Source of the DNA: Xanthobacteraceae bacterium
GTDB lineage: Bacteria; Pseudomonadota; Alphaproteobacteria; Rhizobiales; Xanthobacteraceae
Direction: 5' to 3'
DNA: 64,000 bases
Assembly: GCA_051985675.1 (NCBI GenBank)
Contig: JBPYFJ010000027.1
Location: 613 to 64,612, forward strand
Shown: piece by piece, positions 39,567-50,189 of the stretch
How the letters are laid out: each line of letters begins with the position of its first letter
Position numbering within the stretch: the first letter of the stretch is position 1
Program-made: the position numbers and the translations under genes
The notes under the pieces: generated by a model
Told to the model about the DNA's origin: nothing
The model's database searches: none
What the model saw: the letters and a program-made list of their open reading frames with translations, nothing else

Positions 39567-39860
39567 TTAAACAAAGATGCGGTCGCCCTGCATATCAATG
39601 ATCTGTTTGGCCTTCGAGATCGTGAAGTTGATCGCGTCGTCCCTGTTTTGGTGCGTATCGGCCCGGACGAAACGATGCTCTTTTAGACCGTCCGGGTGGT
39701 CTTTCTCGATAATCCCAGCGGTCTGATACTGACCGTTGACCAGGTACGGTGTCGGCTTGATGCGATAGCCTTTGTACTCGATGAACGCGGTGGCCGCCTC
39801 GTCAAGCTTGCCGGCTCCTTTCGACAGACGGATCCAAGCCGTTTTTAATTTCGCGAACAT
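39567..39860 (-). CDS. HlyU-family small protein as annotated in Rhizobiales
   Basis: MFAKLKTAW...IEYKGYRIKPTPYLVNGQYQTAGIIEKD...KEHRFVRAD...AKQIIDMQGDRIF resembles the alphaproteobacterial HlyU family, recalled from memory. Confidence 0.55.
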   Translation of the reverse strand: MFAKLKTAWIRLSKGAGKLDEAATAFIEYKGYRIKPTPYLVNGQYQTAGIIEKDHPDGLKEHRFVRADTHQNRDDAINFTISKAKQIIDMQGDRIFV

Positions 39861-40110
39861 GCTACTCGCCTCGCCCGCGCGCCGTTCATTCGATGACCTC
39901 GCCGGCGGCGGCCAGTTCGGGGCAAACATCCATTCGGGTCGTCCCCTTTGTGCCAACAGCGGACTCGCGGTCCCCGACGCTCAGAACTTGTAGCTGCCGG
40001 CGATCCTAACGGATGTGCTCTGCGGAAGCCACTGGGGCCCCCCGTGAGCGACCGGACAGCGTACGTTCAAGAACCGAAGCTAAGTGCCGAAACCGGACAT
40101 CGCCGCATGC

Positions 40111-40539
40111 TTAGCTTTGACGGTCGGCGAGTGCCACGTGCACCACAAGCTGACCCTCAGGAGGATGACGGGAAATGTGCCCCTTACCGGTCGTATCTTC
40201 AGCCAGCACAACGCTTCCCGCCGGAAGTCGGCGAATGTCGCCATCGCTTGTCTCGAATTCAACCTGACCGGTTAACCAGAGGACAAGCAAGCGCTGCGGC
40301 GGATTGTGCCAATCCACCTCATGCATGCCGGATGGCACGTAGCAGATGTTGTACCAAGAGGCTGCAAAGTTGTCGGTGAGGCGCAGAGGTGGATTATCTT
40401 TGAAGATTTGTTTTGGCTGTAGAATGATATCGACGTCTTCCATATGAGTTTCGCCGTTAGCATCCGCGAAAATTCGGAGGCATATCACGCGTTCATCCGT
40501 AGCCCGCTTGCCCGAGATCGCTGCCATATCCGGCTCCAT
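40111..40539 (-). CDS. Cupin domain-containing protein
   Basis: 142 aa with a beta-rich cupin-like core (HNPPQRLLVLWLTGQVEFETSDGDIRRLPAGSVVLAED). Confidence 0.6.
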   Translation of the reverse strand: MEPDMAAISGKRATDERVICLRIFADANGETHMEDVDIILQPKQIFKDNPPLRLTDNFAASWYNICYVPSGMHEVDWHNPPQRLLVLWLTGQVEFETSDGDIRRLPAGSVVLAEDTTGKGHISRHPPEGQLVVHVALADRQS

Positions 40540-40592
40540 CTAATCCGCCACGTCGCGGGGCTTTTCTTTAGCGCCAACGCAGCCAGCGCCCT

Positions 40593-42299
40593 TCATTTTT
40601 CGGAAAGATGCCAAATCCCGTTCCAGTCGGCCGGGGGTGGAGTACCCCGCAGTAGTGCAACGCGCTCGAGAAAGAGATGCGTTGGGCCATCATCCACGAT
40701 GGTGCTGAGGCAGCCTTCGAAGTGGGTCTGCGCCGCGTCCCAATCCTGTTGGCGATAAGCAGCCAAGCCGCAGGCAAACTGATCGCGCAGCTTGCTCTGC
40801 TCAGGCTTGAGCTCGCCAGTGCGTCCCATCGCCTCGTAGATGCGGACCGGTTCGGTCTTGCCGGCGACGGTGATTACATCAAGCTCGCGGGCCTCAATGG
40901 CCTGTTGCGCCAGCCGATACGTCTCCTCGCTGAGGATAATCGAGGTGCCGTAGAGCTTGTTGATGCTCTCGAGACGTGAGGCGAGGTTTACGGTGTCGCC
41001 GATCACCGTATAGGAGCGCGCCGATTCGGAGCCGATGGTCCCGACAACACCCTCGCCGGTGGCGATGCCCATGCGGATTGTAAGTTTTGGTGGGTTACGT
41101 CGCATCCCGGTGATCTCAGGCAACCGGGCACGCAGCGCGATGATCGCTTCCTGCTGTGCCAGCGCCGCCAGACAGGCGTCGCTGGCATGGTCGTCGCCGG
41201 CCGAGAACGGTGGGGTCCAGAATGCCATCACGGCATCGCCGATATATTTGTCGATCACACCACGATGCTCGTGGATCACGGCGGCGACCACGGCGAAATA
41301 GCTGTTCAATAGGTTGACGACCGCGCTCGCGGTGAGTTGCTCGCTGATGCCGGTGAAACCCTTGATGTCGGAAAAGAACACGGTGAGATTGCGGCGCTCA
41401 GCCTGATCGGCGCTGTTGCCGATCAGCTGGGTGACGATCCGCGGGTCGACGAACTTGCCAAACGTTTCCTTGATGCGTTCGCGCGTGCGCAATTCCTCGA
41501 CCATGCGATTGAACGAAAGAGCAAGCTCGCCGACTTCATCGCGTGAGTGAATCACCACCGGTACCGAATCCGCGCCGGACTCGATCGCCCGGGTGCTGGC
41601 AACGAGCTGGCGCAACCCACCGATCACGCGGGTCGCACCCACGGCGCTGATTCCAAGTCCGATGCCGCAGGCTACAACAAACAAGGCAAAACTTAGATAA
41701 GTATCGAGCCGTTGTCGAGCGAGGACTTCCCGGGTCGACCGCTCCGTAAGATCGGCGACGGCGCGGCGAATTTCGGATAGATCGGGACCGAACGCCTGAG
41801 CGAATTTCGCGAAGTTCAGAGATTCCGTCCGCGCGTCCTCTCGTCGGCCGTCGGCGAGTGCCGCCATTGTGCGGTCGCCAACGGACAGAAATTCCTCGAG
41901 GCTACGGTTCAGGTACTTGAATGAGCCTTCGATCCGCGCCAAGTCGACGCGGTCAGCGGGGTCATAGCGCCGGTCTTGGATCGCTCGCTCAAGCAATTCG
42001 CCGGCCGTCGCAACGTCCGAACGCATCTCATCGGTCAGTGCCTGTTTGGCGGTGGTGGCCGCATTGAGCTGTTCCGCGCTGGCAGGATTGAGTCGAAGCG
42101 CGCGCAGGATGTTGAGCTCGTACCGGTCGGTGTCGACGTCGAACTGAGCAACTATCCGCGACAGTGGGAGCTCATAACCGACTATGTTGCCGATCTGGTC
42201 GCTGTCCAGCTTCTGAACGACGGCGAGCACACCGACCACAACGCCGAACAGTGCCAGAAGAATGCCGGCGAGGAGAAAAATCTTTTTGCGGATCGTCAT
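40593..42299 (-). CDS. Membrane-bound HAMP-domain class III adenylate/guanylate cyclase
   Basis: TM, about 170-aa periplasmic helical region, TM, HAMP, then the cyclase domain (LTVFFSDIKGFT, GDAVMAFW, GIATGEGVVGTIG, YTVIGDTVNLASRLE). Confidence 0.85.
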   Translation of the reverse strand: MTIRKKIFLLAGILLALFGVVVGVLAVVQKLDSDQIGNIVGYELPLSRIVAQFDVDTDRYELNILRALRLNPASAEQLNAATTAKQALTDEMRSDVATAGELLERAIQDRRYDPADRVDLARIEGSFKYLNRSLEEFLSVGDRTMAALADGRREDARTESLNFAKFAQAFGPDLSEIRRAVADLTERSTREVLARQRLDTYLSFALFVVACGIGLGISAVGATRVIGGLRQLVASTRAIESGADSVPVVIHSRDEVGELALSFNRMVEELRTRERIKETFGKFVDPRIVTQLIGNSADQAERRNLTVFFSDIKGFTGISEQLTASAVVNLLNSYFAVVAAVIHEHRGVIDKYIGDAVMAFWTPPFSAGDDHASDACLAALAQQEAIIALRARLPEITGMRRNPPKLTIRMGIATGEGVVGTIGSESARSYTVIGDTVNLASRLESINKLYGTSIILSEETYRLAQQAIEARELDVITVAGKTEPVRIYEAMGRTGELKPEQSKLRDQFACGLAAYRQQDWDAAQTHFEGCLSTIVDDGPTHLFLERVALLRGTPPPADWNGIWHLSEK

Positions 42300-42490
42300 C
42301 CCAATCTCTGAAAGGCTTGTGCATCCTTCCGCGGTGCTTCCTTATCATAGTAATCGCCTGGTCAGCCACACGCGATACCTCCGGCCAAGCATCGGGACAC
42401 TGGAGGGCACGGCCCGGCATTCAGAGCGCTGGCCTGGAACCATTGGCCGGAAGCCGCGGTTAGTGCTGCATCAAGCACAAGAGCCCTGCC

Positions 42491-42919
42491 ATGCCCAAGC
42501 GGCGCAACATCGCGCGAGCCGTCGAGCGCCGCATCATCGGCGAGTTGCTGATCGGCGCGATGGTCAACATGCGCCGCGCGTACTTCCCGACGTTGCCGCC
42601 GCAGAATGTGCCGGACCTCGGGCTGGTGATGGCCTACGTGATGCTCGCGCACATCGCCGGCCATACAACCACCGCGCACAAGATCGCCGAGGAGACCGCC
42701 ATCCCGCGAGCGACGATCACGCGCCGGTTGGCGTTGCTTGAGCGATTGGGCCACCTCGAGCGCCGGGGCTCGCGCTACCTGATGAGCGCCCGCGCGGCCG
42801 CGGAGCCGCCCTCGGAATCCGCACTCGACGCGCTCGTGCAGCTCATCATCAAGGCCGGCCGCGACCTGGAGCGCGCCAAACTGTCCAAAATGAGCAGTAA
42901 GACCGTTGACGCGGCATAG
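42491..42919 (+). CDS. Winged-helix (MarR-like) transcriptional regulator
   Basis: AHKIAEETAIPRATITRRLALLERLGHLERRGSRY is wHTH-like. Divergent from the cyclase gene. Confidence 0.5.
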   Translation: MPKRRNIARAVERRIIGELLIGAMVNMRRAYFPTLPPQNVPDLGLVMAYVMLAHIAGHTTTAHKIAEETAIPRATITRRLALLERLGHLERRGSRYLMSARAAAEPPSESALDALVQLIIKAGRDLERAKLSKMSSKTVDAA

Positions 42920-43363
42920 CGCATTACCCCTAAGCTGAGCCCGATGGGGATATGCGAAAAAGGACGGGAAGGGCATCAATGACGCAAGTACGTACCGCAC
43001 TCCATCTGTGTACTGACGAGCATCTCAAGCGCGAGCTCCTTGGCACGGCGATCACCGGCAACCGCGGTCGCTCGAACCTGATCGGGCCGATCCTGCGAGT
43101 ACCTGCGAGCGCGAAAGCGTAACGCGGTCCAGCGGCCAGCAGCGCGTCGCGTCGCCGAGTGTAGGTGCTCGGAGTTTCTTCCACCCTGATCGCTCCTTGC
43201 CTCGGCGCCGCCGAAGGCTGAGCGAAATCCATGTCGCGGCGCTGCTCACGCCGCTGACCGCACGCAATCGAACGAACACCGGCCGGTTCCGCAGGGCAAT
43301 CTTGTGGGCTCCTGCCGGTCGGTTCGATCGCTGCGCCGTCTGTGACGGGGAAGGAAGACATCA

Positions 43364-46363
43364 GTGAGCGGATCGACCAGCCTGACCAGGGTCGGCAACA
43401 CATTCTACCTTTATGACAGCACCTGGACCGGCCCCACGCTCAAATATGCCGGTGTAGATTTCGTCGCGGGACAGTTCGGCGGCTGGACGCCGATCGGCGC
43501 AGTGCAGACCGCGAACGGATATGACGTTGCCTGGAAGGTCACCGGCGCCGATGAGTATACCGCCTGGAGCACGGACAGCAACGGCAACTACATCGCGAGC
43601 ATCATCGGGTACGCGGTTCCGGGAACCGATCCTTCGCTGCAGGCGCTTGAGGCCACGTTCCACCAAGACCTCAACGGCGACGGAAAGATCCTGATCCAAG
43701 TGGACGGAGCAACCAGCCTGACCGAGGTCGCGAACAAATTCTATCTCTATGACGGCAGCGGGACCGGCCCCACGCTCAAATATGCCGGCCAGGATTTTGT
43801 CGCGGGGCAGTTCGGCGGCTGGACGCCGATCGGTGCTGTGCAGACTGCGAACGGATACGATGTTGCCTGGAAGGTCGCGGGCACCGATCAGTATGTGGTC
43901 TGGAGCACGGACAGCAACGGCAACTACACCGCGAGCATCACCGGGTACGCCGTTTCGGGGACCGATCATTCTCTTAAAGCACTTGAAACGACGTTTCACC
44001 AGGACCTGAATGGCGACGGCGTGGTCGGTGTTTACACGCCCGGCACGTTTTCATTGCAGTACAAGGGCTTTGCCTACGTCTCCTCCTACAACGGCGCCTA
44101 CGAGAATTCGGATTCGCTGCCAAGCCTCGTGCGGACCGGCGCCAATTCGATCGAGGCGACGATCGGCTACGGTATTGATGTCGCAACATCACAGGTCGTA
44201 GTGGATCACAACTACACCGACAGCCTGAACGCGCTGGGTAAGACGATCGCCGAGGCGGAGAGTTTTGGTCTTTCGGTCATGGTCAGGCCGCTGATCGGCT
44301 TCCTCGACCCGGCCGTGGTCGCACCATACAGCGTCGGCGACTGGCGCCAGAGCTATCAACCAACCGACGTCGCGACGTTCTTTGCCAGCTACAAACAAAT
44401 GCTGATTGCGGAGGCGGAAGTCGCCCAGCAGAACGGCGCGCAGATGCTTTCCGTCGGCGCCGAGCTCGATCAGCTCGCGGGTCCGCAATATCTGTCCTAT
44501 TGGACCGACATTATCAGTTCGGTGCGCACGGTCTTCGATGGCGCCCTGACCTATTCGGCGAACTGGGGCACGGCGACTGAAGTCAGCTTCTGGAGCAAGC
44601 TCGATTACGAGGGCATCGACTGCTACGTTCCGCTGTCGAATGCGCAGAACCCGACCCTCCAGGATCTGATCGACGGCTGGCTCAAGCCCGCGAGCGCGTC
44701 CGCGAATCCCGTCGCTTACAACGCGATGGGCAACCTGTCGCCGATCCACTATTTCGAGAGCCTCGCGGCACAGTCGGGAAAACCGCTATTGTTCACCGAG
44801 CTCGGCTACGCGAACGACAGCGCAGCCGCCGCGGAACCGTGGATATCGGGCAACCACCCTGCCCCGGGGCTGCAAGCCGAGCTCTATCAGGCCTTCTTCC
44901 AGGCCTGGGCTCAGTCCGGCAGCTCCGCTCTGAAAGGCACCTATTTCTGGGACTGGGACCCCAATGGCAGCAGCTCCAACGTGGGCCCGGGAATCGATAG
45001 CTTCAGTCCGCAGAACAGCCCCGCACAGGATCAAGCGATGGCGGGTTTCGCAACGCTGATAAAGGGCGATGCGGGCAACAACATCCTTACGGCGGGATGG
45101 GGGATCGACACGTTCACCGGAGGCGGTGGAGCCGACACGTTTGTGTTCCCGCACACCTACAGCAACGCCGTTGCGGGTCAACGCGACACCATTACCGACT
45201 TCACGCCCGGGACCGACAAGATCGACCTGAGCGGAATCGATTCGCACTTTGGCTCGGGCGACCACGCGTTCGAGTTCATCGGGAACGCGGCGTTCGACGG
45301 GCATGCGGGCGAGCTGCACTATTCCTATGACGCAGCCCACAATGTCACGATTGTGGAAGGCGACACCACGGGCGGCAAGACCGCAAGCTTTGGGATCGAG
45401 CTGACCGGCAACCTGGCCCTGACGACGGCCGACTTCACGGCGGCGAGCCTGTTGCACCCGGTCAACCTCACCGCCACGGCGAACAACGTGACGCTGACCG
45501 GCGGACCGCTCGACGACACCCTCAACGATGGGGGTTTTGCGGTCACAATGGTTGGAGGACTGGGCAACGACACCTATGTGGTGAGCAATCCCGGAGACGT
45601 CTTGGTGGAGACTGCCGGGAGCGCCTACGCGCCGCCGGCCGGGTGGAGCGTGATGGGGACGGCGGACTTCAACAAGGACGGCACGCTCGATGTGGTGCTC
45701 AGCAACGGCACGGCGGACGAGTTTCAACTGCTGACGAGCAGCGGGGCAGTCGTGTCGACGGTCCCAGCGTTATCCTGGGACGGGTGGCAGCTGCAGGGCA
45801 CGATCGATTTTGACTACGACGGCAATCCCGACCTTTTGTTTCAGCGGATCGGCTCATCGCAACAAGAGGTGGACTACCTCAACGGAACGAGTTGGACCGG
45901 ACGTTACTCAGGCGTCAGCGGCGTCACGCCTGACGCCCTGCACCCGCTGCCGGGGGGCGACCAGGACACCGACACAGTCCTCTCCTCGGTGAGCTACGCA
46001 TTGCCGAGCGGGGTTGAGAACCTGACCCTGATCGGAACCGGCAATATCAACGGCACCGGCAACGGCCTCGACAACATCATCACCGCCAACTCGGGCAACA
46101 ACGTCCTCACCGGCGGCGGGGGCAACGATACTTTCGTCTTTGGCGCCAACTTCGGAAAGGATTCCATTACCGATTTCCACCTCGGCGACACGATCCAGTT
46201 CGATCACACCGTGTTTGCGACCGTGTCTGCCGTCCTGGCGGCCCTGGGCACCGACGTCCACGGCAACGCCACCATCACCGCCAATGCCAATGAGACCGTT
46301 ACGGTGGATCACGTCTCGGCAACGCTCCTTCAGCAACACTCCGACGCATTTCATCTGAAGTAG
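43364..46363 (+). CDS. Large secreted mosaic protein: 2 x 112-aa N-terminal repeats, clan GH-A-like TIM-barrel domain, RTX beta-roll, FG-GAP/VCBS-like repeats, C-terminal RTX repeats
   Basis: GTG start after GGGAAGGAAG. The central region has GAELDQL and FTELGY. Ca-binding nonapeptides GGGGADTFVF and GGGGNDTFVF. FNKDGTLDVV and DYDGNPDLLF repeats. No N-terminal signal peptide, consistent with a T1SS substrate. Confidence 0.8.
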   Translation: MSGSTSLTRVGNTFYLYDSTWTGPTLKYAGVDFVAGQFGGWTPIGAVQTANGYDVAWKVTGADEYTAWSTDSNGNYIASIIGYAVPGTDPSLQALEATFHQDLNGDGKILIQVDGATSLTEVANKFYLYDGSGTGPTLKYAGQDFVAGQFGGWTPIGAVQTANGYDVAWKVAGTDQYVVWSTDSNGNYTASITGYAVSGTDHSLKALETTFHQDLNGDGVVGVYTPGTFSLQYKGFAYVSSYNGAYENSDSLPSLVRTGANSIEATIGYGIDVATSQVVVDHNYTDSLNALGKTIAEAESFGLSVMVRPLIGFLDPAVVAPYSVGDWRQSYQPTDVATFFASYKQMLIAEAEVAQQNGAQMLSVGAELDQLAGPQYLSYWTDIISSVRTVFDGALTYSANWGTATEVSFWSKLDYEGIDCYVPLSNAQNPTLQDLIDGWLKPASASANPVAYNAMGNLSPIHYFESLAAQSGKPLLFTELGYANDSAAAAEPWISGNHPAPGLQAELYQAFFQAWAQSGSSALKGTYFWDWDPNGSSSNVGPGIDSFSPQNSPAQDQAMAGFATLIKGDAGNNILTAGWGIDTFTGGGGADTFVFPHTYSNAVAGQRDTITDFTPGTDKIDLSGIDSHFGSGDHAFEFIGNAAFDGHAGELHYSYDAAHNVTIVEGDTTGGKTASFGIELTGNLALTTADFTAASLLHPVNLTATANNVTLTGGPLDDTLNDGGFAVTMVGGLGNDTYVVSNPGDVLVETAGSAYAPPAGWSVMGTADFNKDGTLDVVLSNGTADEFQLLTSSGAVVSTVPALSWDGWQLQGTIDFDYDGNPDLLFQRIGSSQQEVDYLNGTSWTGRYSGVSGVTPDALHPLPGGDQDTDTVLSSVSYALPSGVENLTLIGTGNINGTGNGLDNIITANSGNNVLTGGGGNDTFVFGANFGKDSITDFHLGDTIQFDHTVFATVSAVLAALGTDVHGNATITANANETVTVDHVSATLLQQHSDAFHLK
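43376..44020 (+). repeat. Tandem 336-nt (112-aa) coding repeat, two copies
   Basis: ACCAGCCTGACC... begins at 43376 and again at 43712. The copies are about 85% identical by eye (FYLYD..GPTLKYAG.DFVAGQFGGWTPIGAVQTANGYDVAWKV...WSTDSNGNY...FHQDLNGDG). Confidence 0.8.
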
Positions 46364-46406
46364 ATCCAACCGCACGGACGGAATTTGAGCACGCCCGGCA
46401 CGCCCG

Positions 46407-46625
46407 TTAGCTGAGACAGCCAGCGAGCTCCTCGTTGGATGGGAAGCGACCGGTCGCCTTCTTTGAGAACGCGAGCCGGCCGTCAACGCGAATTTCGAAG
46501 ACGCCGCCGCTCGACCGGCGAAGGTTTACTTGTGCCGAGGGTCGCAGCTTGAGGATCTGGTCTCGCGCCTCACGGGCGCGCGGTTCATAGCCTCACTGAC
46601 CGCAGTATTCGATCTCGATTTTCAT
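46407..46625 (-). CDS. SelW/Rdx-family small redox protein with in-frame TGA at the CxxU motif (candidate selenoprotein)
   Basis: Hand translation gives MKIEIEYCGQ-TGA-GYEPRAREARDQILKLRPSAQVNLRRSSGGVFEIRVDGRLAFSKKATGRFPSNEELAGCLS-TAA. TGA lies at 46595-46593. AGGA Shine-Dalgarno sits 7 nt before the ATG. The pattern parallels mammalian SelW (VVYCGAUGY...GFFEV.V.G.L.HSKK). Confidence 0.65.
46564..46580 (-). promoter_or_regulatory. SECIS-like hairpin downstream of the in-frame UGA
   Basis: The RNA reads UGA-N12-CGCGCC-CGUGA-GGCGCG: six G:C pairs and a 5-nt loop containing GU. The loop starts 19 nt after the UGA. Confidence 0.4.
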
Positions 46626-46733
46626 GAACCCGTCCTCGCGCGTTGGCGACCTGCGGGAGGCAGACATCGCCGTTCATCAAAGGCTCGACCGCCGCGGCAT
46701 GACGTGCCGCAGCGGCAAACCAAGAACCGACGC

Positions 46734-48152
<1,419 letters not shown>

Positions 48153-48423
48153 TCACTCCCTCTCATCAACTGAATACGCGCTTTCCCACGCCGTGGCCGG
48201 CATCGTTGGACGGCGTCGTTTGGCGCGCACCCCAACCTAGCATGCCAAATCGACCCGGGGTATGATTTTGGCGGCCCGTCCTTCGACCGATCTTCCGGCT
48301 TGCGTGCCGACCCGCGACCAGTGAAAAATACCGCATCCTGAACGGCTTCGTACACAACCATCGCAAACGCGGTTGCGCGCGGTCCGTCCCAGCCTCGATC
48401 CCTTCTGCCCCAAGGAGAACGGC

Positions 48424-48825
48424 GTGGCTAACGATGAGTTCAGCGTCAGGAGCGTAGTTTCGTCCGCCATCAGCGCTGACTTGTGCGAAATTGACATCGT
48501 CTTGGAAACCGAGGACGGGCTCCGCCGCGTGTGCAAGATCAACCCAGACGTTCTGGCGGAACTGCTGATCAATCTGTCCGATCTGGCCCAGCACGTGAGG
48601 AACGAGATCGTGGCCCGATTTGGCGAGCTCGCGATCGCCGCGCTCGGGGTCGATGGGGTCGCGGCAACCTCGCCGTCGGGCAGCGGCAAGGTCATTCTGA
48701 GCATCCAATCGAGGACCGGAACCGTGCATCATTTTTCCTTCAATCCGGAATTGTCGGCGATTCTTCGATCGCAAATGCGAAGCGCGGAAAAATCCGCGGG
48801 TCAAATTCGGAAAGGATCGTCTTGA
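48424..48825 (+). CDS. Hypothetical protein
   Basis: GTG start 6 nt after AAGGAG. Plausible composition. Preferred over the antisense 243-aa ORF. Confidence 0.45.
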   Translation: MANDEFSVRSVVSSAISADLCEIDIVLETEDGLRRVCKINPDVLAELLINLSDLAQHVRNEIVARFGELAIAALGVDGVAATSPSGSGKVILSIQSRTGTVHHFSFNPELSAILRSQMRSAEKSAGQIRKGSS

Positions 48826-48856
48826 GTAGTTCATAGCAACCATCAGGGAGGACGAT

Positions 48857-50185
48857 TTGACCAGGAACGGAACAATCGCCGTCGCTCTCGGCTTCATCTT
48901 GCAGGCCGCAAGTCCTTCTGCATGGTCTCAGGAGGGCCGACAATATCTGGCGCCGCAAGATCAATCCGTCGCAATTCGCGCGGCGCATTTGTTCGACGCG
49001 CGCACCGGCAACCTGCTGGACAACCAGGTGGTGCTGATCAAAGGCGACCGCGTCGCCGACGTTGGCGCAAACTTGCAGCTCCCGCCCGGCACGCGCGTAC
49101 TCGACCTCGGCGCGATGACGGTTCTCCCCGGCATGATCGATGCGCACGTCCACGTGAACACCGGCGGCACTACGCCGGCGCAGCGCGCCCTAATCGCGCT
49201 CGCCAACGCGCAGGCCGATCTCGAAGCGGGCTTCACAACCGTTCTCGACATGGATTCGCGCGGCGGATTCAACACGGTCGATCTGCGCGACGCGATCAAC
49301 TCCGGCCTGGTGCAGGGGCCGCGGATGCAGGTCGTCGGCCAGTCGATCAATCAGCGCGCCACCAACTATTACCCCGACTCGCATCCCGACGCGCAGTTTG
49401 GGCGCTACTATGATGGCTTCACCGAGACCAAGAACGTCAACTCTCCCTGGCTCGCGCGCGCAGCGGTGCGCGAGAACAAGCTGCACGGCGTCGACTACAT
49501 CAAGATCTATACAACGCAGGATTTCGTCGGGCCGGTTCACATGTGGAAGCGCGACGGCACGCTGGTCAACAGCCCGTCTCTGACCCTGGACGAGGTTATG
49601 GCGATCGTCGACGAGGCGCACCGGCTTGGCTTGAAGGTCGCTTGCCACACCTATGGGGGCGAAGGAATGGCGAGCTGCCTGACCGCCGGGGTCGATGCCC
49701 CCAACCACCTGCTCGAGCTCGACGATGCCGGGGTGAAGATCCTGCTCCAGAAGAAACTTCCATTCGTTCCGACCGTCGACGATCTGGTCGCGCTCGAGAA
49801 AGCCGACCTGCGCGATACCGGCGGCCGGAACTCGCGCCTGAAACTGCTCGAGCACGCCGTGCGGATCGCGGTTGCCGCCGGGGTTCCGATCGTGTTCGGC
49901 AGCGGCGCGACCTCGCGCGAGATACCGCACGGCAAGCAGGCCAACCAATTCAGCTACTATGCGCAATGGGGCATGGGACCGGTGCGGGCGTTGCAAACCG
50001 CCTATCTTCCGGCCGCGCAGATGCTCAACTACGGTTGGGAGAGCGACATCGGAACGATCGAAAAGGGCAAGTTCGCGGATATCATCGCGGTCAGCGGAAA
50101 TCCGACGGCCGACGTCACCGAGATGGAACGCGTGAAGTTCGTGATGAAAGGCGGCACCGTGGTGCGCAATGACACGGTCAAGTAG
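48857..50185 (+). CDS. Exported amidohydrolase-family metal-dependent hydrolase
   Basis: TTG start after GGGAGGA. Signal peptide. PGMIDAHVHV metal motif and C-terminal GKFADIIAV...V.FVMKGG. Confidence 0.8.
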   Translation: MTRNGTIAVALGFILQAASPSAWSQEGRQYLAPQDQSVAIRAAHLFDARTGNLLDNQVVLIKGDRVADVGANLQLPPGTRVLDLGAMTVLPGMIDAHVHVNTGGTTPAQRALIALANAQADLEAGFTTVLDMDSRGGFNTVDLRDAINSGLVQGPRMQVVGQSINQRATNYYPDSHPDAQFGRYYDGFTETKNVNSPWLARAAVRENKLHGVDYIKIYTTQDFVGPVHMWKRDGTLVNSPSLTLDEVMAIVDEAHRLGLKVACHTYGGEGMASCLTAGVDAPNHLLELDDAGVKILLQKKLPFVPTVDDLVALEKADLRDTGGRNSRLKLLEHAVRIAVAAGVPIVFGSGATSREIPHGKQANQFSYYAQWGMGPVRALQTAYLPAAQMLNYGWESDIGTIEKGKFADIIAVSGNPTADVTEMERVKFVMKGGTVVRNDTVK

Positions 50186-50189
50186 CTTC

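Noticed and set aside
43361-43999. 212-aa minus-strand ORF with an internal repeat
   Set aside because: Its repeat is simply the antisense image of the 336-nt tandem repeat in the RTX-protein gene.
48166-48897. 243-aa minus-strand ORF between ligM and the amidohydrolase gene
   Set aside because: It has a poor, Arg-rich composition and no ribosome-binding site. The plus-strand 133-aa ORF, with an AAGGAG site, explains the region better, though only at modest confidence.
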